The position numbers and the translations under genes are program-made. From Acidimicrobiales bacterium (GTDB lineage: Bacteria; Actinomycetota; Acidimicrobiia; Acidimicrobiales; SZUA-35): a stretch of 64,000 nt of DNA. The stretch lies in NCBI GenBank assembly GCA_020629155.1, contig JAHDDW010000005.1:69703-133702 (forward strand), given 5' to 3'. How positions within the stretch are numbered: the first letter of the stretch is position 1; every line of letters starts with the position of its first letter. Below the pieces are notes generated by a model. It was given only the letters and a program-made list of their open reading frames with translations, did no database searches and was not told the origin of the DNA. Shown here one piece after another: positions 26,699 through 36,459 of this stretch.

Positions 26699-27448
26699 TC
26701 AGCTTAGACCCGATGCAGAAGAACTCGTATGGGCTATTTGTTTATCAACAGTAGTATAGGTTTGCAAACCTTCACCTGTGAATGAGCCTTCAACAAACCA
26801 GGTGGAACCGCTACCGGCCAACGTCGGACGAACACCTGTTATCTCGTGGAGCTTGTCACGCCAAATAGCCATCTCTGGAACAAGATCTATGACAGCTGGC
26901 TCTAGGTCGTTGTCGTACTCTCCTGTAGGGCCACCGAGTTGATCCCAGCGGGCAAATACCGCTTTAGTGGAGCACTGCAAAGGTGGCGTCAACAATGTGA
27001 AGCTTTGCCTTTGGAAAGGCAGCGGTTTGAGTTTTTCTCCTATGCCGCTAACAAGTGCACGCCCACCATTGATGCAGAAAGGCACATCGGCACCGATGCG
27101 CGACGCTGCTTCTAGATCTGTGAATTGCGCCCACCGCAACACGGCACCAGCATCAGCTGAACCACCGCCTAAGCCAGCTTGACTTGGGATATTTTTAACC
27201 AGCTTGATGTGTGCATGTTTCTCAGCGAGACGCAAAGCACGCATTACAATGTTTGAATCATCAGTGGGAATATCGTTAGCACCGCCCACCACTTCTAGTG
27301 TGTTCTGTTCTGCTGATGTGATTTCAAGCGTGTCATGCAGATCGAGCGACACCATTTCTACTTCCAACGTGTGGTAGCCATCAGGTCGTACGCCTGTGAC
27401 ACGTAAAGACAAGGTAAGTTTCGCAGGCGCTGTAAGGGTTACGGTCAT
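26699..27448 (-). CDS. ispE: 4-(cytidine 5'-diphospho)-2-C-methyl-D-erythritol kinase
   Basis: APAKLTLSLRVTG..DGYH start, GHMP-kinase motif PSQAGLGGGSADAGA. ATGA overlap with rsmA. Confidence 0.9.
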   Translation of the reverse strand: MTVTLTAPAKLTLSLRVTGVRPDGYHTLEVEMVSLDLHDTLEITSAEQNTLEVVGGANDIPTDDSNIVMRALRLAEKHAHIKLVKNIPSQAGLGGGSADAGAVLRWAQFTDLEAASRIGADVPFCINGGRALVSGIGEKLKPLPFQRQSFTLLTPPLQCSTKAVFARWDQLGGPTGEYDNDLEPAVIDLVPEMAIWRDKLHEITGVRPTLAGSGSTWFVEGSFTGEGLQTYTTVDKQIAHTSSSASGLS

Positions 27449-28299
27449 AGCGTTTCTTTCTCCTCAGTTATTTCTGTGACTGTTTCAGCAACATCAACAA
27501 GCGCAAGCCATTGCGTTAGAGAAAGCTCTTCGGCGCGAGCAGTAGGCGCTACAGCTGTTTGGATCTGTTCAGCGGTGAGGTGCGCTGCTAAACTTCGGCG
27601 TAACATTTTTCGGCGCTGACCAAAGCCAGCTTTGACAAGAGCTGCGAGCTTTTTAAACCGCTGCGCTGACGGCAGTTCGTTATGGCGATCGATCTTCACA
27701 AGCACCGACTCAACCCTAGGTTTCGGCAAAAAAAGCTCGGCAGGCACTTTAGAGACAACGGAACATGTGCCCCAGTAGCTAGCAAGCACCGACGGTATGC
27801 CATAAATCTTTGACCCAGGAGAAGCAGCCAGACGTTCGCCTGCTTCTCGTTGCACCATAACAAGCCACGACGCTAGCTGCGGCTGTGATGCAAGCAAGTC
27901 GAGAATAAGCGGCGTTGAAATGTTGTATGGCAAGTTAGCCACAACGTTCCAGCTGCCTTCGCCTAGCGTTGCTGGCCAGTCGAGTTTCAAAACGTCGCTG
28001 TTGATCAGTTCCACCGCATCGCGCTGGCCTGCCTCGTCTAGCACGTGCTCTAACGCTGGAATAATATATTTGTCGATTTCGATAGCGGTAACGTTCGCGC
28101 CTGCTTCACAAAGCCCAAGCGTTAACGAACCCAACCCAGGGCCTATCTCTAAAACCTTATCGCCCTTTTTTACTCCAGCGAGGCGAACAATTTTGCTTAT
28201 CATTTGCGGGTCGCATAAAAAGTTTTGCCCCAACGCACGACTTGGCGCAAGCTCAAAACGGTCAAGCAGTTCGTTGATTTCTGTTCTTGTTAAAGCCAT
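27445..28299 (-). CDS. rsmA: 16S rRNA (adenine1518/1519-N6)-dimethyltransferase
   Basis: LGQNFL, VLEIGPGLGSLT and NLPYNISTP motifs. I prefer the Met at 28299 (MALTRTEINELL) over the track start at 28326, which would overlap the serpin gene. Confidence 0.9.
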   Translation of the reverse strand: MALTRTEINELLDRFELAPSRALGQNFLCDPQMISKIVRLAGVKKGDKVLEIGPGLGSLTLGLCEAGANVTAIEIDKYIIPALEHVLDEAGQRDAVELINSDVLKLDWPATLGEGSWNVVANLPYNISTPLILDLLASQPQLASWLVMVQREAGERLAASPGSKIYGIPSVLASYWGTCSVVSKVPAELFLPKPRVESVLVKIDRHNELPSAQRFKKLAALVKAGFGQRRKMLRRSLAAHLTAEQIQTAVAPTARAEELSLTQWLALVDVAETVTEITEEKETL

Positions 28300-28301
28300 G
28301 T

Positions 28302-29456
28302 TTATCCTTGCGGTGTCATGATCCAACCTGCGAATAAAACAAGTTGTGTGAAACGGTCGACCGCAACAAAGCCGAAAGGTCGATCTAGTGAGAAATCGAT
28401 ATGGTGCGTTTCTTCGGATGGGACTTTCGCTGCTGCTCTAACCATGCTTACTGCTGTAACAGCGCTTGCTTTAAACCCAGCAGCTGAAAATGTTGCCGTT
28501 GCCGACTGCGCAGCGGCGGCAATGGCCAATGGTGTTGCACTGATAGCAGGAAAATTATGATGCTGTGTGTTAACTGCTTCACGTAAGCCAAAAAGGTCTT
28601 TCTTCTCAAGTAAATCATGCGTGCTCGAAACGGTAAATGCAGGCAATGTCACATCAAGTAAAGGGGTTTTTGTTATTGCCATACGCTTTTTTACTTCAAG
28701 GGCAGCTGCTTTGTCACCTATTTTCAGCTCTGAACCTTTTGTTATCTTTATCTGAGAGTTAGCAGAACAAGCAGCAATCGCAGTCGACAAAACTTTTTGC
28801 GGCGCATCACTCTCTTCTCCAGCCACAAGATGCACATCAAAGTGTTTATCGGTTTCACAAACCAGCCGAGAGATACGAGCCCCTTCGCCTGTAAGTATCG
28901 CAAGTTGATCAAGATTAGAAGTGCTTTTTTTCAGGCCAGCGATATAGTCATCGCCTTTCCAACGACAGTTCGCTTCTGTAAAGGGGATTTTCCACTCGGC
29001 TTCTGCCGTTACAACCGTCGCCAAAGCCATCAACGTATTCAGGTCTACTTCGACTGGAAACTTTTCAATCATCCCATGCGTTTGTTTTGAAACCCAGGCA
29101 TCTAAAACTTTTTGGTCCGATGGGATCTGGTCGATAGTTGTGGGTGCAACGGCCCCTTTAAAACGTTCTTCGATAGTTATATCTGGCTGTACCCAAACCC
29201 CAATAGCTTCACAAAGCCCTTCCGTTTCAGAAAAAAGTTGCCGCAAAAGTTTAAACTGCTCCATTGTTTTTGTTTTGTCTACACCAAGAGCGTCAGCCAT
29301 TTCACAGAGAACTTCATCTCTTGCGCTTGCAGCAAGCAATAAAGCCAACATTGCATAGCCTGGGCCAGAAAAAACTTCGTTACCTTCGCAGGTAAGATGT
29401 TCACCCCATTTTTTAGAGAATCGGTTTAACGCCTCAACGTTACTTTGGCCAGACAT
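28302..29456 (-). CDS. serpin-family protein (no signal peptide)
   Basis: N-terminal NEVFSGPGYAMLALLLAASARDEVLCEMADALG matches the serpin N.VFSP.S...AL.M...GA.G.T pattern. C-terminal FSLDRPFGFVAVDRFTQLVLFAGWIMTP matches F.xDRPFxFxI.D..T...LF.G.V..P. Confidence 0.75.
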   Translation of the reverse strand: MSGQSNVEALNRFSKKWGEHLTCEGNEVFSGPGYAMLALLLAASARDEVLCEMADALGVDKTKTMEQFKLLRQLFSETEGLCEAIGVWVQPDITIEERFKGAVAPTTIDQIPSDQKVLDAWVSKQTHGMIEKFPVEVDLNTLMALATVVTAEAEWKIPFTEANCRWKGDDYIAGLKKSTSNLDQLAILTGEGARISRLVCETDKHFDVHLVAGEESDAPQKVLSTAIAACSANSQIKITKGSELKIGDKAAALEVKKRMAITKTPLLDVTLPAFTVSSTHDLLEKKDLFGLREAVNTQHHNFPAISATPLAIAAAAQSATATFSAAGFKASAVTAVSMVRAAAKVPSEETHHIDFSLDRPFGFVAVDRFTQLVLFAGWIMTPQG

Positions 29457-29692
29457 AGACTGTACTATATAGGCAGAACATGCTAGGCCAGGTCTGGGTT
29501 AGTTTCACACTACCTACATTCACCAATTGACCAATATCGACAGACAAGTTGTTGATTGTCAGCTAGTTGAACCAGGGAGGCGCTAATTCGCTAGCAGTCA
29601 GAACGACGCCTTTGGGATCAGTCGAGTAAAGAACTCAACTATATTCACGAAACAATTTTGCAAATTATGCCGAACCTTATTGACGATAAATA

Positions 29693-29721
29693 AGGGCATT
29701 TCTACTACTTGTAGATGCCCT
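29693..29721 (-). terminator. hairpin terminator after tatD
   Basis: AGGGCAT-N15-ATGCCCT. On the minus strand it is followed by TATTTATCGTC. Confidence 0.4.
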
Positions 29722-29781
29722 CGGGTAAAGCGATTCACCGGAGAAGCAATAGATAGAGAAAGCCTTAAAATTGATTTCAAA

Positions 29782-30528
29782 TTAGGCCAAGTCGAACAGT
29801 TTTGAAGCGTTCGCATGAGTTTGCTGCGCAAAAACTTCGTCTGATGCGCCACGCAACTGGGCAACAAAAGCGCCAACCAGTGCAACGTTTGCTGGTTGGT
29901 TCTTTTTTCCTCGAAGCGGTACAGGCGCTAAAAATGGCGCATCTGTTTCTATCACGATTTTGTCGTCAGGCACCATAGCTGCTGCTTGTTGCACGTCGCT
30001 AGCCGACGTAAACGTGACGATGCCGCTGAAAGAAAGATACGCACCCCGTTCTAAACATTTTTCTGCTTCGGCGACACCACCTGTGAAACAATGAAATACC
30101 GTCCGCTCTGGCATGCCTGCTTCATCAAGGACTGCGAACGTGTCATCCCAGGCATCACGTGAATGAATCACCAATGCTAAATCATGCTTTTTCGCTAGCT
30201 CAATTTGCGCTGCAAACACATCGGGCTGCACCTCACGAGGCGAGTTTTCATAGTAATAATCTAGACCACATTCACCGACTGCTTTTACTTTTTCATGCGC
30301 AAGCAACGCCTCTAGACCAGCGATACCGTCTTTTGCTTCATGAGGATGCACACCTGCTGCAACCCAAATATTCGGTTGCGGCTCAGCCGTTTCGATACAT
30401 TTACGTGAGTCAGCCACAGTGCAACCAACCGTCACCATCGTATCAACGTTAGAAGCCGCAGCAGCAGCTAAAATTTCGTCTGAATTATTTTCTGCCAGCG
30501 TAAAATGGCAATGGGTATCAAACCACAT
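29782..30528 (-). CDS. tatD: TatD-family metal-dependent hydrolase
   Basis: MWFDTHCH start, ...GECGLDYYY..., ...VIHSRDA..., ...ETDAPFL. Confidence 0.9.
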   Translation of the reverse strand: MWFDTHCHFTLAENNSDEILAAAAASNVDTMVTVGCTVADSRKCIETAEPQPNIWVAAGVHPHEAKDGIAGLEALLAHEKVKAVGECGLDYYYENSPREVQPDVFAAQIELAKKHDLALVIHSRDAWDDTFAVLDEAGMPERTVFHCFTGGVAEAEKCLERGAYLSFSGIVTFTSASDVQQAAAMVPDDKIVIETDAPFLAPVPLRGKKNQPANVALVGAFVAQLRGASDEVFAQQTHANASKLFDLA

Positions 30529-30616
30529 AACAGCTACTTTCTTACAAGAATGCTTTCAATATTTTGTCTTATCCTATCTGTTCTGCAAAGTAGCCAGGCT
30601 CACTCAACAGTTTGCA

Positions 30617-32065
30617 CTAGTGCACAGTATCGAAAAGATCTTCGCTAGTTAGTACAGAAACGAAAAGCTCGTTCGAATAGGCGTTAGGAACCACGCCATT
30701 AGCGGCGATAAGAAAATTGTTTAGCGATTTGGTGGTCTTAGTTTGAGCCAAAAAAATTCCGTTTCTTGCTTTGATCTTTTGGTAAAGATCTTTGCGTACG
30801 GTTAGCGGTACTTGTGAATACCTTATTTCTCCAACCGAGATAACTCTGTCCGCTCTGTCAAGCAATAAATCTATTTGCGCACCGCTTTCTTCAGCATTTT
30901 TAGGGCTATATCTCCAACTGGCGATACCAACGTCGATGCCAGATATCCCGAGTCGTTGTAAGATTTGATTAGTATGCTTTTGGCAAAGAGACTCGAAGCT
31001 ATAACCTGACCAAGAACGAAACGAAGGCGTCGTAAACTTTTTGAGCCAATGATTATCTTGAAGCGCAACAGCATCGAGCGTTGGCTCTATCCAATGCTTG
31101 TAGAACAAGGTATATTCGTCAATAATCCTATAAAAAGATCCACGTTTCTTGGAGTTGTACGGCACATATTTTTTGATAAATCCAGCAAGTTCTAGCTCTT
31201 CAAGCAGACGATCTATGTTGCCTGTCACTTTTTGTGATAACTCTTTTCTCGTCGCTCCATTTCTTTGTTTCGCTAGAAGATCCATAATTTTGTAGTGTCG
31301 CTCTGATTGATCGAAAAGTGAACTAAACAAAACTGAATATTCTCTGCGAAGTAAACCTTCAGGCGTGAAGCAAAGAGCATCGATAATTTGTGGCGCTGAA
31401 TGGCCTGCTTTGGCGGCATGATCAAGATAATACGGGATACCACCAATTGCCATGTAAAGTTCGACAATCTGATTAGTGGTAAGGTCTCGTCCTTTGCCTT
31501 TGAGGTAATGTTTCGTTTCGCTAAGGTCTAGCGGCCGTAAATGCATGTGTTGTGTCAATCGATTATGCAGCCCGCCTTTGTTGCTTACAATATTTCGTAC
31601 CATCCATGCGGCTGCGCTACCACAAACAATAAACAAGATGTTTGATCTGCGGCTCCAAGAATTGTTCCAGAGAGCGTCAATTTCTTGTAATAGCGACGAC
31701 TTTTTGGTTGCGAGCCATGGCAACTCATCAAGAAAGACAACTACTTTGTCGGTCGATCGTATTTTTTTGATCTCGTTATCTAAAATCTCAAAAGCTTCTT
31801 TCCAGGAACGTGGAGATGTCCGTTCTTTCGTGGTGGGAAATGTTTGATGAAGCTGTTTTGTGAAGGTTGCTAATTGATCTTGTAACGAACCATCTTTCGT
31901 TCCTGAAACTTCAAAATAGGTTGACTGGTTCTGTAGTGACTCTCTAATGAGAAAGGTTTTACCTACCCGTCTTCGTCCGTAAACGCCAAGAAATTCAGAC
32001 TGATTAGAGTTCAAAAGCTCTTGAATCTGTTGCTGTTCTTTTACACGTCCAAGTATTGTTTTCAT
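30617..32065 (-). CDS. AAA-type ATPase with DUF234-like C-terminal (PD-(D/E)xK-like) domain
   Basis: Walker A GRRRVGKT, Walker B VVVFLDE, central wHTH-like segment. The C-terminal ...FESLCQKH...QIDLLLDRADRVISVGEIRYS resembles the nuclease-like DUF234 module of the archaeal-ATPase family. Confidence 0.7.
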   Translation of the reverse strand: MKTILGRVKEQQQIQELLNSNQSEFLGVYGRRRVGKTFLIRESLQNQSTYFEVSGTKDGSLQDQLATFTKQLHQTFPTTKERTSPRSWKEAFEILDNEIKKIRSTDKVVVFLDELPWLATKKSSLLQEIDALWNNSWSRRSNILFIVCGSAAAWMVRNIVSNKGGLHNRLTQHMHLRPLDLSETKHYLKGKGRDLTTNQIVELYMAIGGIPYYLDHAAKAGHSAPQIIDALCFTPEGLLRREYSVLFSSLFDQSERHYKIMDLLAKQRNGATRKELSQKVTGNIDRLLEELELAGFIKKYVPYNSKKRGSFYRIIDEYTLFYKHWIEPTLDAVALQDNHWLKKFTTPSFRSWSGYSFESLCQKHTNQILQRLGISGIDVGIASWRYSPKNAEESGAQIDLLLDRADRVISVGEIRYSQVPLTVRKDLYQKIKARNGIFLAQTKTTKSLNNFLIAANGVVPNAYSNELFVSVLTSEDLFDTVH

Positions 32066-32086
32066 ATATACAGCCTAGCGGTTAGG

Positions 32087-32142
32087 TTTCTATAGCTGTG
32101 ATTATCGCATGTTTTGACCATAGATAATCACAGCTATAGAAA
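32087..32142. repeat. 20-bp perfect inverted repeat between rmuC and the ATPase gene
   Basis: TTTCTATAGCTGTGATTATC (32087-32106) pairs with GATAATCACAGCTATAGAAA (32123-32142), with a 16-nt loop. It lies 22 nt upstream of the ATPase start and 22 nt downstream of the rmuC stop. Confidence 0.85.
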
Positions 32143-32164
32143 TATGTTTGTTGATTAAACGTCT

Positions 32165-33259
32165 TTAGGGAGTGTGTACATCATTATGTAGTCTGCGAGA
32201 GTTTTCCAGTTTAACAATTTGCCGGTCAACTTGCCGGAAACGAGGTCCAGCAAGTTCGTCAAACGCTTTTTGTGCAGAATCTAGCCCTCGACGCATTTTT
32301 TCTAACGGCTCAGCCCAATTATCCCACTGCTGGCGCAATGCTTCGACCTGATCAAGAATTTCGGCACTTTTTTGCTCGACCGAAAACGTGTCAATCGTTT
32401 GGCGAACTACCGCCAAAACTGCAAACAGAGAAGTTGGTGAACACAACACAACTTTTTGTTTCAACGCAAAATCGATTAACTCAGAGTCATGCTCATGCAA
32501 AAACCCATAAATACTTTCATTCGGAATAAAAAGCAACAAGTAGCCAACCGTCGACTCAGCTTCGCTATAACCACGACCAGTCAACTCTTTAATCCGTTGC
32601 CGCACATCATATTTAAACGACTTGATACACAATTTGCGCGTCGCCGCATCGCGAGCTTCAAGCCAACGCAAATAATTATCAGCTGGAAATTTCACATCCA
32701 TATGCAATAGCTGTTCTTTCGGCAATAAGAAAGAAAAATCTGGTACTGTCCCGGCAGCAATTTTCTTCTGCTTAACAAAATTAACACCTTCGACAAAACC
32801 AGCAGCAAGCAAAATATCTTCTGCCGTTCGTTCTCCCCACATGCCACGAGCCTTCGGTGATGCCAACGCTTTCTGCAATGACTGTGTTGTTCCTAAAAGC
32901 ACCGTTGACGTTTTTGTTGCATGCTGCAAACTTGCGTTCAACTGGCCGCTCTGTTCAGCTTTCTCTTTGCGAAGTGTTTCCACAAGAGCAGAAACCCGAT
33001 TCAGTTCGTCAGCTACGCCAGCGACCTGTTCAGAGATAAGCTGCCGCTCACGCTCGATCACATATTTGCCAGACGCAAGTTGATTGCCTAGCGTATCGGA
33101 TGCAACCGCAAGCAATGTTTCAAGTTGCTGGTTCGGCTCAACAGGAACTGCCACAGTTAGATCATTCTGCGAAACCGTTGGTTTGCGTTGACGGCTAGCG
33201 ATAAACCAACCAAGAAAACCTGCTGTTGCTATACAAAACGCTGCCGCAAAATACACCAT
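32165..33259 (-). CDS. rmuC: DNA recombination protein RmuC
   Basis: N-terminal TM segment, coiled coil, then ...MWGERTAEDILLAAGF.EGVNF..Q...PDFSFLLP....LHMDVKFP, typical of RmuC. Confidence 0.85.
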   Translation of the reverse strand: MVYFAAAFCIATAGFLGWFIASRQRKPTVSQNDLTVAVPVEPNQQLETLLAVASDTLGNQLASGKYVIERERQLISEQVAGVADELNRVSALVETLRKEKAEQSGQLNASLQHATKTSTVLLGTTQSLQKALASPKARGMWGERTAEDILLAAGFVEGVNFVKQKKIAAGTVPDFSFLLPKEQLLHMDVKFPADNYLRWLEARDAATRKLCIKSFKYDVRQRIKELTGRGYSEAESTVGYLLLFIPNESIYGFLHEHDSELIDFALKQKVVLCSPTSLFAVLAVVRQTIDTFSVEQKSAEILDQVEALRQQWDNWAEPLEKMRRGLDSAQKAFDELAGPRFRQVDRQIVKLENSRRLHNDVHTP

Positions 33260-33317
33260 GGTGTCACCCTAACGCACAGGTGTGACACTAAGCGGGTAAC
33301 GGATGGCCAATAAGCAG

Positions 33318-34388
33318 CTATGTCGTGATTAACGCATGTAAAGCGTTATAGGTTTTTTCTATAGCGCCACGTTCCACATGTTCATCAGCAGTGTGGGCGA
33401 CAAGAGCGTCACCTGGGCCGAAGTTAATAGCTGGGATACCTAACCCGACAAAACGAGCTACATCTGTCCAGCCAAGTTTTGCTCGAACTTCTAAATCATT
33501 GTCTTCTGCAAGCTGTTTCAACAACGGATGCTCAGAAGAAGGCATACACGCTGGCGACCCATCAACAATTTCAACGTCATCAGCCGGTTCTAGATAAGGG
33601 GCAAGTAAGTCGGTTACGAACTTTTTTGCTTGCGCTGGGTTGCGATCTGGAGCATAGCGATAATGGAAACGAACTTTCGCCTCGTCTGGCACAACATTAC
33701 TGGCCACGCCACCTTCAACATGAACTGCCTGAATTGACTCACAGAACGTGCAATCGTTTATTGTCGGCGTCCGAACTTTGAAAGCTTCAAGCTCAAAAAG
33801 AATTGGCGCTAACCGATGGACCGCATTGCGTCCCATCCATGGTCTAGCTGTGTGTGCTTGCGCACCTTTCAACGTGATAAGAAACGATAGCGTACCTTGA
33901 CAGCCAGCTTCGATAGCTGCCGCTGTCGGTTCGCCCAACACAGCGCAATCGCCTTCAAGTAACTCGGGCTGTTCAGCAATGACCTCATTTAAACCGTTAT
34001 GTTCAGCAGCAACTTCTTCACGTGCGTAAAAAACGTACGTAACGTCTTTTGTTGGGTTCTTAACTGTTCGAGCGAGTTCAAGAAACACAGCAAGGCCGCT
34101 TTTCATATCAGAGGCGCCTAGCCCCCAGCAAACATCACCGTCAATTCTAGCAACATCATTGCCGTTGACAGGCACCGTGTCGCTGTGGCCAGCCAACACG
34201 ATCCTCTCTGGATGTCCGAAATTGGTTCGGGCAATCAGATTGTCACCGATACGAATAGTTTCAAGATGGTCAAGGTCGGCTAGTTCTTCTTGGAGCCAGT
34301 CAACAAACGGGCCCTCCTCGAAAGAAACAGATGGCCGATTAATGAGCTCTGCAGTTAGCTCTAGCAAGTTGTTCACGCTATTCAACAC
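33318..34388 (-). CDS. dapE: succinyl-diaminopimelate desuccinylase (M20 family)
   Basis: LAGHSDTVP metal motif. Actinobacterial DapE size (356 aa). GTG start. Confidence 0.8.
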   Translation of the reverse strand: MLNSVNNLLELTAELINRPSVSFEEGPFVDWLQEELADLDHLETIRIGDNLIARTNFGHPERIVLAGHSDTVPVNGNDVARIDGDVCWGLGASDMKSGLAVFLELARTVKNPTKDVTYVFYAREEVAAEHNGLNEVIAEQPELLEGDCAVLGEPTAAAIEAGCQGTLSFLITLKGAQAHTARPWMGRNAVHRLAPILFELEAFKVRTPTINDCTFCESIQAVHVEGGVASNVVPDEAKVRFHYRYAPDRNPAQAKKFVTDLLAPYLEPADDVEIVDGSPACMPSSEHPLLKQLAEDNDLEVRAKLGWTDVARFVGLGIPAINFGPGDALVAHTADEHVERGAIEKTYNALHALITT

Positions 34389-34552
34389 TAGCTAATTTTG
34401 CGGCTGTTTGACCGTCGACCGCAAAGAAATAGTTGTGATGAGTCAGATAACTTAACGATTGGTCGTCGTCGTAGTCTTAATCGCGTCCATAACACCTGTA
34501 CTGGTGGCGGGCGCAGCTAGCGTAATTCCTTCAATAGTGGAGGTAGGCTTAA

Positions 34553-34777
34553 ATGGCGTACTATTCTGAAAGGCTGACCGTGCCAGTTTGGATATATGGA
34601 TTAATGCTTGTGCCTTCTATCCTTGGCGTGTTGGCAACTAACAAGTATTTCACAGGAAAACTGATTCCTAAGCAAAGCGAACCAATCATCACCAAACATC
34701 TTTTTATAATTACTGCATTGATGACCGTGCCAGTTGTTGGCATCTCGGTGCGTTTAGTTGACATGCTGGTCCAGTAA
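34553..34777 (+). CDS. small membrane protein (74 aa, 2 TM)
   Basis: Hydrophobic ORF with no family call. Confidence 0.4.
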   Translation: MAYYSERLTVPVWIYGLMLVPSILGVLATNKYFTGKLIPKQSEPIITKHLFIITALMTVPVVGISVRLVDMLVQ

Positions 34778-34899
34778 CAGCTGGCGTGCCGTTATCAATA
34801 TGCTCAGCCGAGGCACCAAAACAATGAGTTAAAGATTTTACTTTGCCCATTCTGATGTTCTATCGAAATACGCCTACGTTCTGCTGTAACCTTAGAGGT

Positions 34900-35223
34900 A
34901 TGCAGGAAACTATCGCTCGCCCAGCAGCAGATACTGATCAAGCACAGACGACGTTTAGCAAATCAATCGTGGTCTCTGGTATTCGCTGCGTTCTAACCTA
35001 TATTCTCCTACCTTTTTTCACACCGTTAATTAACTTAGCACCTCAAGTAGGCCCCTTAATCGGCTTGCCTCTCGGGCTTGTCGCTATAGCCTCAAACATC
35101 TATAGCATCAGACGCTTCTGGAAAGCCGACCACAAGTGGAAATACTATGTAACAGTCTTGCATCTCGCAGTCACAGGCTTGCTCATAGTGCTTGTTTATA
35201 ATGACATACTCTCGTTGCTGTAA
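34900..35223 (+). CDS. membrane protein (107 aa, 3 TM)
   Basis: I prefer ATG 34900 (MQETIARPAAD...) within track ORF 34843-35223. Three hydrophobic spans. Confidence 0.45.
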   Translation: MQETIARPAADTDQAQTTFSKSIVVSGIRCVLTYILLPFFTPLINLAPQVGPLIGLPLGLVAIASNIYSIRRFWKADHKWKYYVTVLHLAVTGLLIVLVYNDILSLL

Positions 35224-35251
35224 GACAAGAAACTTTCAGCTCAAACGTTTG

Positions 35252-36415
35252 TTATGGTCTGGCCTCAGAAACATCTGACGAAACATAAGACCAGCCATCG
35301 TTACTTTTTGTGACAGCTACGCAAGAGGCACCTGCTCGCCATAGGGCTACGATAACTGGCGTCGAATCGAAACGATACAAAGCAGGGAAGGCTTCACGCA
35401 CTGCTTTAGTTGCCGTATCTGCATGATAATGAGGAATAGACGAATTTAGATGATGAACAACATGCGTGGAACCAATATTGTGATGCAAAAAATTAATGAC
35501 GCGACCATAAGGGCGATCAACAGAACAAAAGGCTCCCTTCACGAATGACCACTCATCAGTGTCGTAATGAGGGACATCTTCGTTTGTGTGCTGCAACCAG
35601 GTGTAGGTGACAAGCCAAGCGTTGACAACCAAGTAAGGGCCAACATAGAAAGCCAACACAGGCGCTAAACTTCCAGCCGCAAATGCCCACAACACCAACA
35701 AAACTAACGTTGTCACAACGCCGATAGAAGACCAAAAAACTTTCGACGCGAGCCTTTTCGGAAAAAGCGAACTCGAAAATGGAGCCCAAGGCCAGAAATG
35801 GTTTGTCGCACCCCGAACAGGTGAACCAGTTATACCTGAAACTAGATAGAGAGGCCAGCCAATCCCTAGACGAGACGCTATTGTCACGACACCAAAAGCT
35901 TTAGCGCCGAGTTTGCTGCGCAGTCGAAGCGCTCGCCGGCCGCGCTCGGTATCTGACTTCTTTGGGACGTGTGTTTCACCTTCGGTGACATGGTTTGTTT
36001 TTGCGTGGTGAACTGCATGGCTGCGCTGCCACGAAAAATAAGGCACCAATAGTAGTGAATGCAGCACAAACCCTACAACGTTGCTCAATCGTTTACTTTT
36101 GCTAAACGCACCATGGCCACATTCGTGCGCAATGACCCAGCCACCCATTGCAACAGTGCCGCATACAACAGCATAGGCCATCCAAACAGGCAGCCAAGCC
36201 CACGATAAAGGAATAAATAGCCATGCGAACCATGTGACAGCTAGTGTTGCCGAAACTGAAAACAAGCAATATGCAAAAGAAGTAAACGTCGACTGCTCAA
36301 AACATTCTGAAGGTATAGCTGCTCGAACTTCTTTCGTCGTCGGAATTTTAAGGTCGGAAACATCTGAGGTGTCGCTCGCAGAGGCTACCGAAAACCTGGT
36401 TGAAGTAGAGGTCAC
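35252..36415 (-). CDS. membrane fatty-acid desaturase
   Basis: Three histidine boxes: HECGHGA, HAVHHAKTNH and HVVHHL. Confidence 0.85.
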   Translation of the reverse strand: MTSTSTRFSVASASDTSDVSDLKIPTTKEVRAAIPSECFEQSTFTSFAYCLFSVSATLAVTWFAWLFIPLSWAWLPVWMAYAVVCGTVAMGGWVIAHECGHGAFSKSKRLSNVVGFVLHSLLLVPYFSWQRSHAVHHAKTNHVTEGETHVPKKSDTERGRRALRLRSKLGAKAFGVVTIASRLGIGWPLYLVSGITGSPVRGATNHFWPWAPFSSSLFPKRLASKVFWSSIGVVTTLVLLVLWAFAAGSLAPVLAFYVGPYLVVNAWLVTYTWLQHTNEDVPHYDTDEWSFVKGAFCSVDRPYGRVINFLHHNIGSTHVVHHLNSSIPHYHADTATKAVREAFPALYRFDSTPVIVALWRAGASCVAVTKSNDGWSYVSSDVSEARP

Positions 36416-36459
36416 AAAGGGGGTCCTGTCGCTGATTCAAATAGCGGCTAACTCTATCC

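Noticed and set aside
28300-28326. 25-nt overlap between the rsmA and serpin genes implied by the track coordinates
   Set aside because: An internal Met at 28299 gives a canonical RsmA N-terminus and removes the overlap.
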